Shown: piece after piece, positions 1 to 9,515 of the stretch | Layout of the letters: each line of letters opens with the position of its first letter | Numbering within the stretch: the stretch's first letter is position 1 | Program-made: the position numbers and the translations under genes | The notes under the pieces: generated by a model | Seen by the model: the letters and a program-made list of their open reading frames with translations, nothing else | Told to the model about the DNA's origin: nothing | Database searches by the model: none | Origin: Methanobacteriota archaeon | Lineage (GTDB): Archaea > Thermoplasmatota > E2 > DHVEG-1 | Length of the DNA stretch: 64,000 bases | Assembly: GCA_963769885.1 (NCBI GenBank) | Contig: CAVYNH010000004.1 | Coordinates: 320,001-384,000, forward strand | Reading direction: 5' to 3'

Positions 1-47
1 GGCTTATCAAGCTGCTTGCGAAGATCGAGAAGGGAGGGTCGGAATGA
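1..47 (+). CDS. C-terminal end of an upstream gene, probably the hydrogenase small subunit (MbhJ/NuoB-like); partial
   Basis: Frame LIKLLAKIEKGGSE* ends in TGA overlapping the ATG of the NuoC-like gene; identity inferred from operon order only. Confidence 0.4.
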   Translation, partial: LIKLLAKIEKGGSE

Positions 48-490
48 CGAATCTTGATCAGATTGTGGCGCGTCTGCAGGATCAGACGCATCAGACCGTG
101 GTGCAGAAGCGGGCTCGGCGGTTGTTCCTTTCGGTTCCTCGGGAGCAGGTGCATGAGGTCGCCCGCATCCTCGCTGAGGAGGGCGTGCAGCATCTCTCAA
201 CAATCACGGCCCGGGATGCGGGGGCGAACCTCGAGGTGTTGTACCATTTCTTCATCGATGGGACTGAGTTGACGGTGAAGGCTGCTGTTCCGCGGGATGA
301 CACGACCGTGCAGAGCATCCTGGATGTGTTCCCGTCCGCTGTCCTGTATGAGCGGGAGATCCTTGATCTGTTGGGGATCACGGCGAAGGGGCATCCTGAC
401 TTGCGTCGGTTGGTGTTGCCGGATGATTGGCCGGGTGGGTATCCGTTGCGGAAGGATTGGAAGCCGTCGGAGGCGGAGCCGCATGCCTAG
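44..490 (+). CDS. Membrane-bound hydrogenase subunit, NuoC/MbhK-like
   Basis: Complex I 30-kDa motifs YEREILDLLGI..GHPDLRRLVLPDDWP..YPLRKD. Confidence 0.9.
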   Translation: MTNLDQIVARLQDQTHQTVVQKRARRLFLSVPREQVHEVARILAEEGVQHLSTITARDAGANLEVLYHFFIDGTELTVKAAVPRDDTTVQSILDVFPSAVLYEREILDLLGITAKGHPDLRRLVLPDDWPGGYPLRKDWKPSEAEPHA

Positions 491-1667
491 AGTGAAGATG
501 CCGATTGGGCCGCAGCATCCCGCTTTGAAGGAGCCGGAGAACTTCATCATCACCCTGGAGGGTGAGCGGGTCGTGGATGTGGACATCCGCATCGGCTACA
601 CGCATCGGGGCATTGAGAAGCTGATGGAGAGTCGGACCTACATCCAGAACCTGTATCTGGTGGAGCGGATCTGTGGGATTTGCTCGTATGCCCATGTGGT
701 GAATTATTCGCAGAACGTCGAGGAGATTCTTGGTCTGACGATTCCGCCGCGGGCGTCGTATCTGCGGACGTTGGTGCTTGAGCTGGAGCGGCTGCATAGC
801 CATTTCCTGTGGCTTGGGGTCGCGGGTCATGAGATCGGGTTCGACACCTTGTTCATGTACACCTGGGAGGACCGTGAGGTCGTCCAGGACCTCTTGGAGG
901 ATATCAGCGGGAACCGGGTGAACTATGCGTTTAATACGATCGGCGGAGTGCGCCGGGATTTAAGTGAGGATCTGAAGAAGAAGGTTCTCGAGGGGATGGA
1001 TTACCTGGAGAAGCGTGCCGCGTATTACAAGGAGGTCGCGATCAACGAGTCGACGATCCTGTCCAGGGCGGAGGGCGTCGGGATCCTGAAGCCCGAGGTC
1101 GGGAAGCGGCTCGCCGCGGTCGGCCCGACGATCCGGGCGTCCGGGGTCGCGGTGGATATCCGCCGGGATGACCCGTATGCCTCGTACGCGGATACGTCGT
1201 TCGACGTCATCACGACCGATACGTGTGACGTCCTTGGACGTGTCGTCGTCAGGGTTCTTGAAATCTTTGAGGCGATCAAGATCATCCGTCAGCTGATGGA
1301 GAAGCTGCCTGCTGGCGATATCGTGGTGAAGGCGCCGCGGAAGGTGCCTGAGGGTGAGGCGGTGAGCCACACTGAGGCGCCCCGGGGTGAGGATTTTCAT
1401 TACTTGCGTGCGAACGGGACGGACAAGCCGGACCGCTATAAGGTGCGGACGCCGACGATGGCGAACCTGCCTTCGATTGCGGAGATGCTGAAGGATTCTT
1501 TTCTTGCTGATGTGCCGATTGTCGTCGCGGCGATCGATCCGTGCATGGGCTGCATGGACCGCCTGACCCTCGTCAAGGGTGAGGAAAAGCCTGGGGAGCG
1601 GATCTCGTGGGATCAGCTGCGGGCGTACGCGAATAAGTGGTATCGGGAGAAGGGGTGGCGGGCATGA
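483..1667 (+). CDS. Group 4 [NiFe]-hydrogenase large subunit (MbhL-like)
   Basis: GPQHP N-terminus, L1 ERICGICSYAH, L2 DPCMGCMDR with C-terminal extension; ATG 483 overlaps the previous gene end. Confidence 0.93.
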   Translation: MPRVKMPIGPQHPALKEPENFIITLEGERVVDVDIRIGYTHRGIEKLMESRTYIQNLYLVERICGICSYAHVVNYSQNVEEILGLTIPPRASYLRTLVLELERLHSHFLWLGVAGHEIGFDTLFMYTWEDREVVQDLLEDISGNRVNYAFNTIGGVRRDLSEDLKKKVLEGMDYLEKRAAYYKEVAINESTILSRAEGVGILKPEVGKRLAAVGPTIRASGVAVDIRRDDPYASYADTSFDVITTDTCDVLGRVVVRVLEIFEAIKIIRQLMEKLPAGDIVVKAPRKVPEGEAVSHTEAPRGEDFHYLRANGTDKPDRYKVRTPTMANLPSIAEMLKDSFLADVPIVVAAIDPCMGCMDRLTLVKGEEKPGERISWDQLRAYANKWYREKGWRA

Positions 1668-2641
1668 ACACACTGCTGGCCGTCGTCTACCTCTTGATAT
1701 TCCCAGGCTTCCTGTTCTTGTTTGCCGTAAGTCTGTTCACGCAGTATCTGGACCGGAAGGTCTACGCGCGGATTCAGCGTCGCGTGGGGCCGCCGCTGTT
1801 GCAGCCGTTCGCGGATCTGGTGAAGCTGGCGGCGAAGGAGGACGTCGTCCCGGACAATGCCGACCGAGTTATGTTTACGATGGCGCCGATCTTCGCGGTG
1901 ACCGCGGTGTTCGCCGCGTTCCTGTTCCTCCCCATCTTAGGTGGGCGGGGATTGCACAGCTTCCAGGGCGATTTGATTGTGGTGTTGTATCTGTTGACGA
2001 TCCCGACGCTGGCGATGTTCCTGGGCGGCTGGTTCTCGGGGAATGTGTTCGGCGTGCGGGGTGGGATGCGCGTCGCCTCGTTGTTGTTCAGCTATGAAAT
2101 CCCGTTCTTCATCGCCTTGTTAACACCTGCCTTGTTGGTGGGGTCGTGGCAGATGTCGGCGATTGCGGGGGCGGAGGATGTGCATCCGATCCTCATGATC
2201 ATCTCGGTGTTTGGGTTTGCGATCGGGTTGATTGCGCTGCAGGGCAAGCTGGAGCGGCTACCGTTCGATATCCCGGAGGCGGAGACGGAAATCGTCGCCG
2301 GGCCTCTGGTGGAGTACTCGGGGCGGCGGTTCGCGTTGTTCCGGCTTGCGAAGGATGCGGAGCTGTTCGTGGGCGCGGGGCTGCTGGCCGCGGTGTTCCT
2401 CGGCGGGCCGTACCCCCTGCTGGTGAGTGCGCCGAACTGGCTGGTGTGGGTCAACGGCGGTGTCTTTTTCCTGTTGAAAACGTTCTTCGTGGTGTTCCTG
2501 TTGATTCTGATTAAGTCCGCGGTCGCGCGGATCCGGACGGACCAGATGATCAACCTGGCCTATAAGTGGCTGATTCCGCTGGCGCTGGCGCAGGTGATGG
2601 TCGTCGTCGTGCTGCGGTTCTTCCTCGGGGGGATGCTATGA
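1664..2641 (+). CDS. NuoH/MbhM-like membrane subunit
   Basis: RKVYARIQRRVGPP..QPFADLVKL and RLPFDIPEAETEIVAGPLVEYSG motifs; about 8 TM segments. Confidence 0.92.
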   Translation: MNTLLAVVYLLIFPGFLFLFAVSLFTQYLDRKVYARIQRRVGPPLLQPFADLVKLAAKEDVVPDNADRVMFTMAPIFAVTAVFAAFLFLPILGGRGLHSFQGDLIVVLYLLTIPTLAMFLGGWFSGNVFGVRGGMRVASLLFSYEIPFFIALLTPALLVGSWQMSAIAGAEDVHPILMIISVFGFAIGLIALQGKLERLPFDIPEAETEIVAGPLVEYSGRRFALFRLAKDAELFVGAGLLAAVFLGGPYPLLVSAPNWLVWVNGGVFFLLKTFFVVFLLILIKSAVARIRTDQMINLAYKWLIPLALAQVMVVVVLRFFLGGML

Positions 2642-2982
2642 GGGCGCCGGGGAAGATGCTGCCGCGGATCTGCGTGTATGTGCTGCGTCGTCCGGTGACG
2701 GTGCGATACCCGAAGCAGCGGCTGGTGCCGCCGGAGGGCCTGCGGGGGAAGATGAGGTTCTACCCGGAGCGGTGCATCAGCTGCGGGCTGTGCGCGCGGG
2801 ACTGCCCGTCGGGCGCCTGCACCATGCATGAGGTGGAGGGCGGGAAGAAGCATCCACGGTTCGACCTGGATTATTGTACGTTCTGCGGGCAGTGCGCGGA
2901 GTCGTGCCCGAAGCAGGCGATTGAGATGACGAAGGAGTTCGAGCTGGCGCACTACAAGAAGGGCGAGGCGGTCGTTAAGTAG
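2638..2982 (+). CDS. NuoI/MbhN-like 2x[4Fe-4S] subunit
   Basis: CISCGLCARDCP and CTFCGQCAESCP. Confidence 0.92.
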   Translation: MRAPGKMLPRICVYVLRRPVTVRYPKQRLVPPEGLRGKMRFYPERCISCGLCARDCPSGACTMHEVEGGKKHPRFDLDYCTFCGQCAESCPKQAIEMTKEFELAHYKKGEAVVK

Positions 2983-3087
2983 AAACTCGAACATTTGCTT
3001 CAATTGCGCGATTCTCGTTAAATACCACTGTCTTGCCTGAAGTGAAATTATATATATGTAAGACTGCTTTTTTTCTTTGATTGAGAT

Positions 3088-4692
3088 ATGGATAAGGGGG
3101 ATAGCGTCTCTGCTTGGAGGATGATTCTGGTCTTCTTCGCGGTTTTTTTGATGCTGCCGCTTGGCTCGTTTGAGGCTCAGACGACTTCTGGTTCTGTAAA
3201 AAATGTGGCGAAAGAAGGTAGTGGTCTCTTGGATTCTGCATGGCCTATGTACTGCCATGACTCCAAACATACTGGGAGGAGCCCTCACGCACCAACCGGA
3301 AATTGGCGCATCGAAAAATGGCGATTCAAATCGACCTGGGACATATTATATTCCTCCCCCACCATCGATAACAATGGCACGATATATGTTGGATTATGTG
3401 GAGAACACTGCACAGTTGCTATTAACTCGGATGGATCTGAAAAATGGCGAGCTAGTACCGGGGGTGTCGAGCATTCTTCACCCGCTATTGGAATTGACGG
3501 GACAGTGTACATCGGCACAATAGCAGGAAGACTCTATGCGATTAACACGAACGGCACAATCAAATGGTGGATTTCGCTTGGAAGCGGATGGGCATCCTCC
3601 CCTGCTATCGACAACGACGGTATCATCTACTGCCCTGTCTCAGATAGTTATCGGCTCGCCGCAGTCTTCCCCAACGGAACCATTAAATGGTATTTCCACG
3701 CGCAATCCTATATCTTCACTGACCCAACTATAAGCGACGACGGCACCATTTACATCGGCTCCAATGACGGATATCTCTACGCCCTCAACCCGAATGGTAC
3801 TATGCGATGGAAATTCTATGGCGGCGGGACAAAAGGCGTCGCCTCTGCCTCCATCGCAGACGATGGAACAATCTATGTCGGGAGCACGGGAGGTTATCTC
3901 TATTCCCTTGCTCCTAATGGGACACTTAATTGGAAGGTCTACACCGGCTGGATTGGCGGATCGACCCCAGCAATCGCCGCAGACGGAACCATCTACGTCG
4001 GCGACCAGACACACTACCGACTCTATAGTATCGCTCCCAACGGGACCTTTAATTGGGCCTTCCAAACCGGCAACGACATCATGTCATCACCAGCCATTGA
4101 TGCCCATGGGACTATCTATTGTGCCTCATGCGACGGCAACCTCTATGCACTCAATAAGAATGGCAGCCTCCGCTGGGCATTCCATGCCCATGGCGATATC
4201 CAATCCTCACCTGTCATTGCCGAAGACGGCACTATCTACATCTCCGGATCTTTTGCAGGATCAGGATCTACACCTGACTATTCATACTTATATGCTTTAG
4301 GCACCATGAACGACACACAACCCACCCTGCCAACCATTACCGGCGATGCAACCGGTCACGTCCGACGGACCTACGACTACACCATCACCGCCACCGACCC
4401 GGACAACGACACCCTCCAATACTACGTCGACTGGGGCGACGGCACCTTCACGAACTGGACCACCCCGTCACCCTCCGGACACCCTATCACACAATCCCAC
4501 ACCTGGAAGAAACGAGGAACCTACACCGTCAAAGTCAAAGCCCGGGACCAATACCTCTGGGAAACCGACTGGGCCAACCTCACCGTCAAGATGCCCTACG
4601 AACCACCACGATTCCCCCTCATTCACTGGCTCCTCAATCGATTTCCGCACGCTTTCCCCATTCTGAGAATGCTTCTTACTGGAACCGAATAA
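3088..4692 (+). CDS. Secreted PQQ-like (BamB-type) beta-propeller protein with C-terminal PKD domain
   Basis: Signal-like N-terminus, repeated SSPAI..DGTIY.G...LYA.N.NGT.KW blades, DWGDG PKD motif, amphipathic C-terminal tail. Confidence 0.85.
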   Translation: MDKGDSVSAWRMILVFFAVFLMLPLGSFEAQTTSGSVKNVAKEGSGLLDSAWPMYCHDSKHTGRSPHAPTGNWRIEKWRFKSTWDILYSSPTIDNNGTIYVGLCGEHCTVAINSDGSEKWRASTGGVEHSSPAIGIDGTVYIGTIAGRLYAINTNGTIKWWISLGSGWASSPAIDNDGIIYCPVSDSYRLAAVFPNGTIKWYFHAQSYIFTDPTISDDGTIYIGSNDGYLYALNPNGTMRWKFYGGGTKGVASASIADDGTIYVGSTGGYLYSLAPNGTLNWKVYTGWIGGSTPAIAADGTIYVGDQTHYRLYSIAPNGTFNWAFQTGNDIMSSPAIDAHGTIYCASCDGNLYALNKNGSLRWAFHAHGDIQSSPVIAEDGTIYISGSFAGSGSTPDYSYLYALGTMNDTQPTLPTITGDATGHVRRTYDYTITATDPDNDTLQYYVDWGDGTFTNWTTPSPSGHPITQSHTWKKRGTYTVKVKARDQYLWETDWANLTVKMPYEPPRFPLIHWLLNRFPHAFPILRMLLTGTE

Positions 4693-4853
4693 AAAAAATA
4701 CATCAAATGCCGATCAATCCGGTTTCTTGTGCAATAGCCTCCCCCCTGTTCAAAGACATCAGAATGCACTCTCTTCTCCCCTGTTTTCTAGAGCAAAAAT
4801 GAAAGGTTTAAGTAGCATCGTGATATAGGGTCCCTCCTGTAGGTAACAGGGGC

Positions 4854-5186
4854 GTGAGCCGAGACATGGAACGACGCGAGATTCTCGAAAACCTCAAGCG
4901 TACCGAGGCCGACGTCCGCGCGCGCATCGACGCTGCGCAGAAGAAGGCCGCCGAGATCAAAGACCACGCCATGAAACAAGCCAAGGCCAAGCAACGCGAA
5001 GCCGAACACCAAGCAGCCGAAGAGACAAACCGCCGGCTCACCGAGGCAAAAGCCGCCTTCGAAAAAGACCGCAAGCGCGCCCTCGCCGCCGCCACCACAG
5101 AGGCAGAGGCACTCAAGACCAAGGCGCAGCCACAGAAGGCCAAGGCGTTCTTCCTTTCCAAGTTCAACGAGTATCTCCATGCTTAG
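4854..5186 (+). CDS. atpH: A-type ATP synthase subunit H (peripheral stalk)
   Basis: Ala/Glu/Lys coiled coil immediately upstream of atpI; start may be ATG 4866. Confidence 0.8.
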   Translation: MSRDMERREILENLKRTEADVRARIDAAQKKAAEIKDHAMKQAKAKQREAEHQAAEETNRRLTEAKAAFEKDRKRALAAATTEAEALKTKAQPQKAKAFFLSKFNEYLHA

Positions 5187-7209
5187 ACCACGGACCATGC
5201 GACGGACCCTCATCATCGGTGCGAAACACAACCTAGAGAAAACCATCGAGATCCTCCATCGCCTCGACATGGCGCACATCATCGACTTCCCCCCAGAAGG
5301 CGAAGAAGGCCTGCAGCGCGGCTCCCCCATCGGGAAGGCCTCAGAGATGAGCCGCCAGCTCGTCACCCTACGGGCGAGCTCCCAGATGCTGGGCATCAAC
5401 CCCGAGGAACCTGCCCCCAGCGAATTGATGACTGACAGACAAGTCACCAGAAACCTTCACCAACAAATACAGGACATCGAATTGACTGTCTTCTCCCTGA
5501 CCGAGGAACGCAAGCGGCTCGATGAGCAGCTGCACGCTGTTTCGGATAACATCGAGCTATTGCAGCCGTTCACCACACTTGATCTCCCGTTGGAAGACTA
5601 CCGCGGCTATGATTCGGTCATCGTCTTTACCGGCGTTCTCCCAGATGCCGATCGGTTCACCAAGGAGCTTCATACGGTGACCGACGAGTTCGAGACCTTC
5701 ACAGCAAAAGAACCCAACGCGACCGCAGTCTTCGTCTCCAAGCCGCATGCGGATGAGGCGAAGAAACTCCTCATAGACCACGGGTTTCTTGATGTCGCCG
5801 TACCCGACGCCACGGGCCTCCCCAGCGAACTCGTGAAAACCTGGGAGACAAACAGAGCCCGCCTGCAGGAGACCCTAGAGCAGAAGGGAAAAGAACTCTC
5901 CGAGTGCCGTCAGCGGCACAAGGAGTTCATCCTCGCCAGCGAGGAGTACCTCAGCATCCAGGTCCAGAAGGCCGAGGCCCCAGTCCGCTTCGCCACCACC
6001 GAGCATTCCTTCATCATCGACTGCTGGATCCCCGAAAACATCGCAAAAGATGTGAAAGACGTCCTGGACAAAGAGCTGCAGGGCAGCCTGGACATCGAGG
6101 AGTACCCCGTGACAAAAGCGGAGGAGCCGCCGACGCTGCTGGACAACCCCAAACCAGTGCGGCGCTTCGAGTTCCTCCTCAACATGTACTCCGTCCCGGA
6201 CTACCACGACATCGACCCCACCTTCATCCTCTCCCTCATCTTCCCCCTGTTCTTCGGCCTGATGGTCGGCGACATCGGCTACGGCATCTCCCTCATCATC
6301 GTCGGCGCCCTCTTCATGAAATTCTTCAAGAACAGCGAAGGCCTCGCCAACATCGGCTTCTACATCATCATCGCCGGCATCTTCGCCTCCATCTTCGGCC
6401 TGTTCCTCTTCGGCGACCTGTTCGGCCTATCATTCGCCCCCATCCCAGGCGAAGCCTACAGCTGGTCAGGCCTCCTCGGCATCTCCATCCCAATCCACGC
6501 CCCGATCCACAAGATGGAGGCGCTCGGGCTCGGACAACTCCTCGTCCTCTCCATCATCGCCGGGTTCCTCCACCTCGGCCTCGGCCTCATCCTCGGCTTC
6601 GTCAGCGAACGCAAACACAACAAACGACACTCCTACGCCAAAATCGGCCTCATCCTCGTCCTCACCGCCCTCGCGCTCCTCATCTTCGTCATGGCGGACT
6701 GGACTATCGGACAGTGGCTCAAGCCGCTGCATAACACCCCCCTCGCCCCGGTCCTCTGGGGCACCCTCATCCCTGCCGTCAAAGCGGGCGTCGCCATTGG
6801 CAGCCTGACCATCCCCTACGTCACCATGGCCCTGGGCCTCACCGGCCTCGTCATCATCCTGATCGCCGTCGGCGGCTTCGGCCTCATCGAAATCCTCGAA
6901 GTCACCAGCCACCTCATCTCCTACACCCGTCTTGCGGCCATCTGCGTCGCCAAAGGCGCCATGGCGTTCGCCTTCAACCTCATCGGCCTCGGCCTCATCC
7001 TCAGCGGCAACATCGCCATCGGCATCATCGGCGTCATCGTCATCATCCTCCTACAACTCATCGTCTTCACGCTCGGAAGCCTCAGCTCAGGCATCCAGGC
7101 CGTCCGTCTCCACTACGTGGAGTTCTTCATGAAATTCTTCAAAGGAGACGGCACACCCTTCACCCCATTTGGCTATAAACGAAAATACACCACAAAACCA
7201 ACAGACTAA
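5179..7209 (+). CDS. atpI: A-type ATP synthase subunit I (a)
   Basis: PPTLLDNP, DPT..FPLFFGLMVGDIGYG, SYTRLAA, RLHYVEFF. Confidence 0.96.
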   Translation: MLRPRTMRRTLIIGAKHNLEKTIEILHRLDMAHIIDFPPEGEEGLQRGSPIGKASEMSRQLVTLRASSQMLGINPEEPAPSELMTDRQVTRNLHQQIQDIELTVFSLTEERKRLDEQLHAVSDNIELLQPFTTLDLPLEDYRGYDSVIVFTGVLPDADRFTKELHTVTDEFETFTAKEPNATAVFVSKPHADEAKKLLIDHGFLDVAVPDATGLPSELVKTWETNRARLQETLEQKGKELSECRQRHKEFILASEEYLSIQVQKAEAPVRFATTEHSFIIDCWIPENIAKDVKDVLDKELQGSLDIEEYPVTKAEEPPTLLDNPKPVRRFEFLLNMYSVPDYHDIDPTFILSLIFPLFFGLMVGDIGYGISLIIVGALFMKFFKNSEGLANIGFYIIIAGIFASIFGLFLFGDLFGLSFAPIPGEAYSWSGLLGISIPIHAPIHKMEALGLGQLLVLSIIAGFLHLGLGLILGFVSERKHNKRHSYAKIGLILVLTALALLIFVMADWTIGQWLKPLHNTPLAPVLWGTLIPAVKAGVAIGSLTIPYVTMALGLTGLVIILIAVGGFGLIEILEVTSHLISYTRLAAICVAKGAMAFAFNLIGLGLILSGNIAIGIIGVIVIILLQLIVFTLGSLSSGIQAVRLHYVEFFMKFFKGDGTPFTPFGYKRKYTTKPTD

Positions 7210-7224
7210 GGAGGTAAAACAAAA

Positions 7225-7446
7225 ATGGTAGCAGACACCGGACTCATCGCACTAGGCGCAGGCATCGCGATCGGCGCAGCAGCCATCGCCACCGCCATGG
7301 CCCAAAAAGCCATCGGAGCGGCCGCAGTCGGCGCTGCCGCAGAGAACGACAAAATGTTCGGACGAGGACTCGTCTACATGGTACTCCCCGAAACCATCGT
7401 CCTCTTCGGACTCGTCATCGCCTTCCTGCTGATCCAAAAAATCTAA
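7225..7446 (+). CDS. atpK: A-type ATP synthase subunit K (c), single hairpin
   Basis: Two hydrophobic helices, Q in helix 1 and PET in helix 2; GGAGGT RBS. Confidence 0.95.
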   Translation: MVADTGLIALGAGIAIGAAAIATAMAQKAIGAAAVGAAAENDKMFGRGLVYMVLPETIVLFGLVIAFLLIQKI

Positions 7447-7513
7447 ACCACACAAGAAACCCGACAGGAACAACACACATGCGACCAACCATCCTATCGC
7501 ACGGCAGGTGCCC

Positions 7514-8065
7514 ATGGGCCTAGACACCGTCATCACCCGCGTCCAAAACGAAGGCGACCAGGCCATCAAAGCCATCCTCGCCGACGCAGAAAAACAGGCG
7601 AACGAAACGCTCGCCAAGGCAGCGCACGCAGCCGACGAGCTCCTCGCCGCCAGACGCGCCGAGACCGACAAAGCCATCAAAGCCCTCAGAATCCAAGAGG
7701 AAAACAGCCTAGAGATCGAGACTAAAAAGATCAGACTCAACGCCGAAAAGGAGATCCTTCAGGCCGCCTACCGCCACTGCCTCACCGCCCTCCAAGAACA
7801 AGCCACAGAAAAAATCCTCGCCGCCCTCCTCGCCACAGCCGCCAAAGAACTCCCGGACGCCGCCTACATCTCCAGCAACGCCCACGACGCCCCCACCGTG
7901 CGAAACCTCACGAAACTCACCTACGCCGGCACGATCCCCGCACTGGGCGGCATCGTCGTCGAAAACAAGGACCGCACCCTCAAACTCGACCTCCGCTACG
8001 AGACCATCGCCGCCAGCCTCTGGGACTGCCATCTCAAGGAAATCGCAGACCTCCTCCTGAGGTAA
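7514..8065 (+). CDS. atpE: A-type ATP synthase subunit E
   Basis: MGLDTVI N-terminus, coiled coil, GGIVVE..D motif; operon position. Confidence 0.9.
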   Translation: MGLDTVITRVQNEGDQAIKAILADAEKQANETLAKAAHAADELLAARRAETDKAIKALRIQEENSLEIETKKIRLNAEKEILQAAYRHCLTALQEQATEKILAALLATAAKELPDAAYISSNAHDAPTVRNLTKLTYAGTIPALGGIVVENKDRTLKLDLRYETIAASLWDCHLKEIADLLLR

Positions 8066-8074
8066 CCATAGACT

Positions 8075-9166
8075 ATGCCAACCGCCACCCTCGAAGAACC
8101 CAGCCTCTACAACCACCTCCGCCGGCTCCTCCCCTCCACCGGCAACTACCCCTACGTCACCGCCAGAGTCCGCGCCAAACGCGCCCTCCTCCTCGCCCGT
8201 GACACCTACGAAAAACTCCTCGTCATGGACCTCAATGAAATCACCCGCTTCCTCAGCGAAAGCACCTACAAAAAAGAAATCACGGAACTCGGCCTCCTCT
8301 ACACCGGCTACGAACTCACCGAACACGCCCTCAACAAAAACCGCGATGACACCTACCAACAAATCCTCCACTTCAGCGACGGCGACCTCCACGACATGCT
8401 CGCCGCCTACCTCGAACGCGAAGACACACAAAACATCAAAACCATCCTACGCGGCATCCAACACCACGTCCCCCACGACGAAATCCTCTCTGCCCTGCGC
8501 GCCGGCGGCACCTACCCCCCCGACTACTGGAAACCGCTCCTCGACGAAAGTAAAACCATCGACGACGCCATCACCCACCTCAAAGACACCCCCTACCACG
8601 ACACCCTCCACGCCATCCAGCCCTTCGACCTCGCCACCGCCGAAAACCACCTCGAACAGCACTACTACACCCACCTCCTCCACACCATCCCGCCAAATAA
8701 CGAACCCAACCGCCTTTTCCACCACTACATCCAAACCGAAATCGACCTCGTCAACCTCAAAACCCTCCTCATGACCAAATACGAAAACGTCGAACCAGAC
8801 AGAATCCACGACATGATCATCCCCGACGGCACCATCCCAGACAAGACCATGTACCGACTCATCACCACCCCCGACTTCACCCACTTCCTCGCCGAACTCC
8901 AACACCTTCCCGTCTACAACCACATCCGCCCCGAAGCAGAAACCATCGCCACCACCGGCTCCCTCGCCCCCACCATCAGAGCCCTCGAAAAACGCCACCT
9001 CCTCGACGCCACCAAACAAAGCTACCTCCACCCCCTCTCCATCCTCCCCGTCATCGATTACCTCACCCGCAAACGCATCGAAGTCCAAAACCTCCGGATC
9101 CTTACGAGAGGCAAAGAAAAACACCTCCCCGAACAAACCATCCGAAACCTCATGGTGATCCCATAA
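8075..9166 (+). CDS. atpC: A-type ATP synthase subunit C
   Basis: YPYVTARVRAK, EIDLVNLKTLL, EVQNLRIL..GK. Confidence 0.92.
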   Translation: MPTATLEEPSLYNHLRRLLPSTGNYPYVTARVRAKRALLLARDTYEKLLVMDLNEITRFLSESTYKKEITELGLLYTGYELTEHALNKNRDDTYQQILHFSDGDLHDMLAAYLEREDTQNIKTILRGIQHHVPHDEILSALRAGGTYPPDYWKPLLDESKTIDDAITHLKDTPYHDTLHAIQPFDLATAENHLEQHYYTHLLHTIPPNNEPNRLFHHYIQTEIDLVNLKTLLMTKYENVEPDRIHDMIIPDGTIPDKTMYRLITTPDFTHFLAELQHLPVYNHIRPEAETIATTGSLAPTIRALEKRHLLDATKQSYLHPLSILPVIDYLTRKRIEVQNLRILTRGKEKHLPEQTIRNLMVIP

Positions 9167-9167
9167 C

Positions 9168-9467
9168 ATGGCAGGAATAACCGTCGTCGGCAGCCCCGAC
9201 TTCATCCTCGGCTTCCGCCTCGCCGGCATCCGCAACGTGTATTCGGAAAAAACCAACATCGAACCCCGCATCAACCAAATCCTCGCCGAAGGCCAAGCCA
9301 GCATCCTCATCCTCCACGACGAAGACTTCACCAAACTCCCCGCCGCCATGAAACGCAAACTACGCGACAGCCGCAAACCCATCGTCATCTCCGTCGGCAG
9401 CCACGAAGAAGACGACCTCCGCGCCAAAATCAAACGCGTCATCGGCATCGACCTCTACACCAAATAA
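9168..9467 (+). CDS. atpF: A-type ATP synthase subunit F
   Basis: VVGSPDFILGFRLAGI...IKRVIGIDL. Confidence 0.94.
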   Translation: MAGITVVGSPDFILGFRLAGIRNVYSEKTNIEPRINQILAEGQASILILHDEDFTKLPAAMKRKLRDSRKPIVISVGSHEEDDLRAKIKRVIGIDLYTK

Positions 9468-9515
9468 AAAAAACACACAGACTCAAAAAAAAACAGAAAA
9501 AAAGGTGCACCCACA

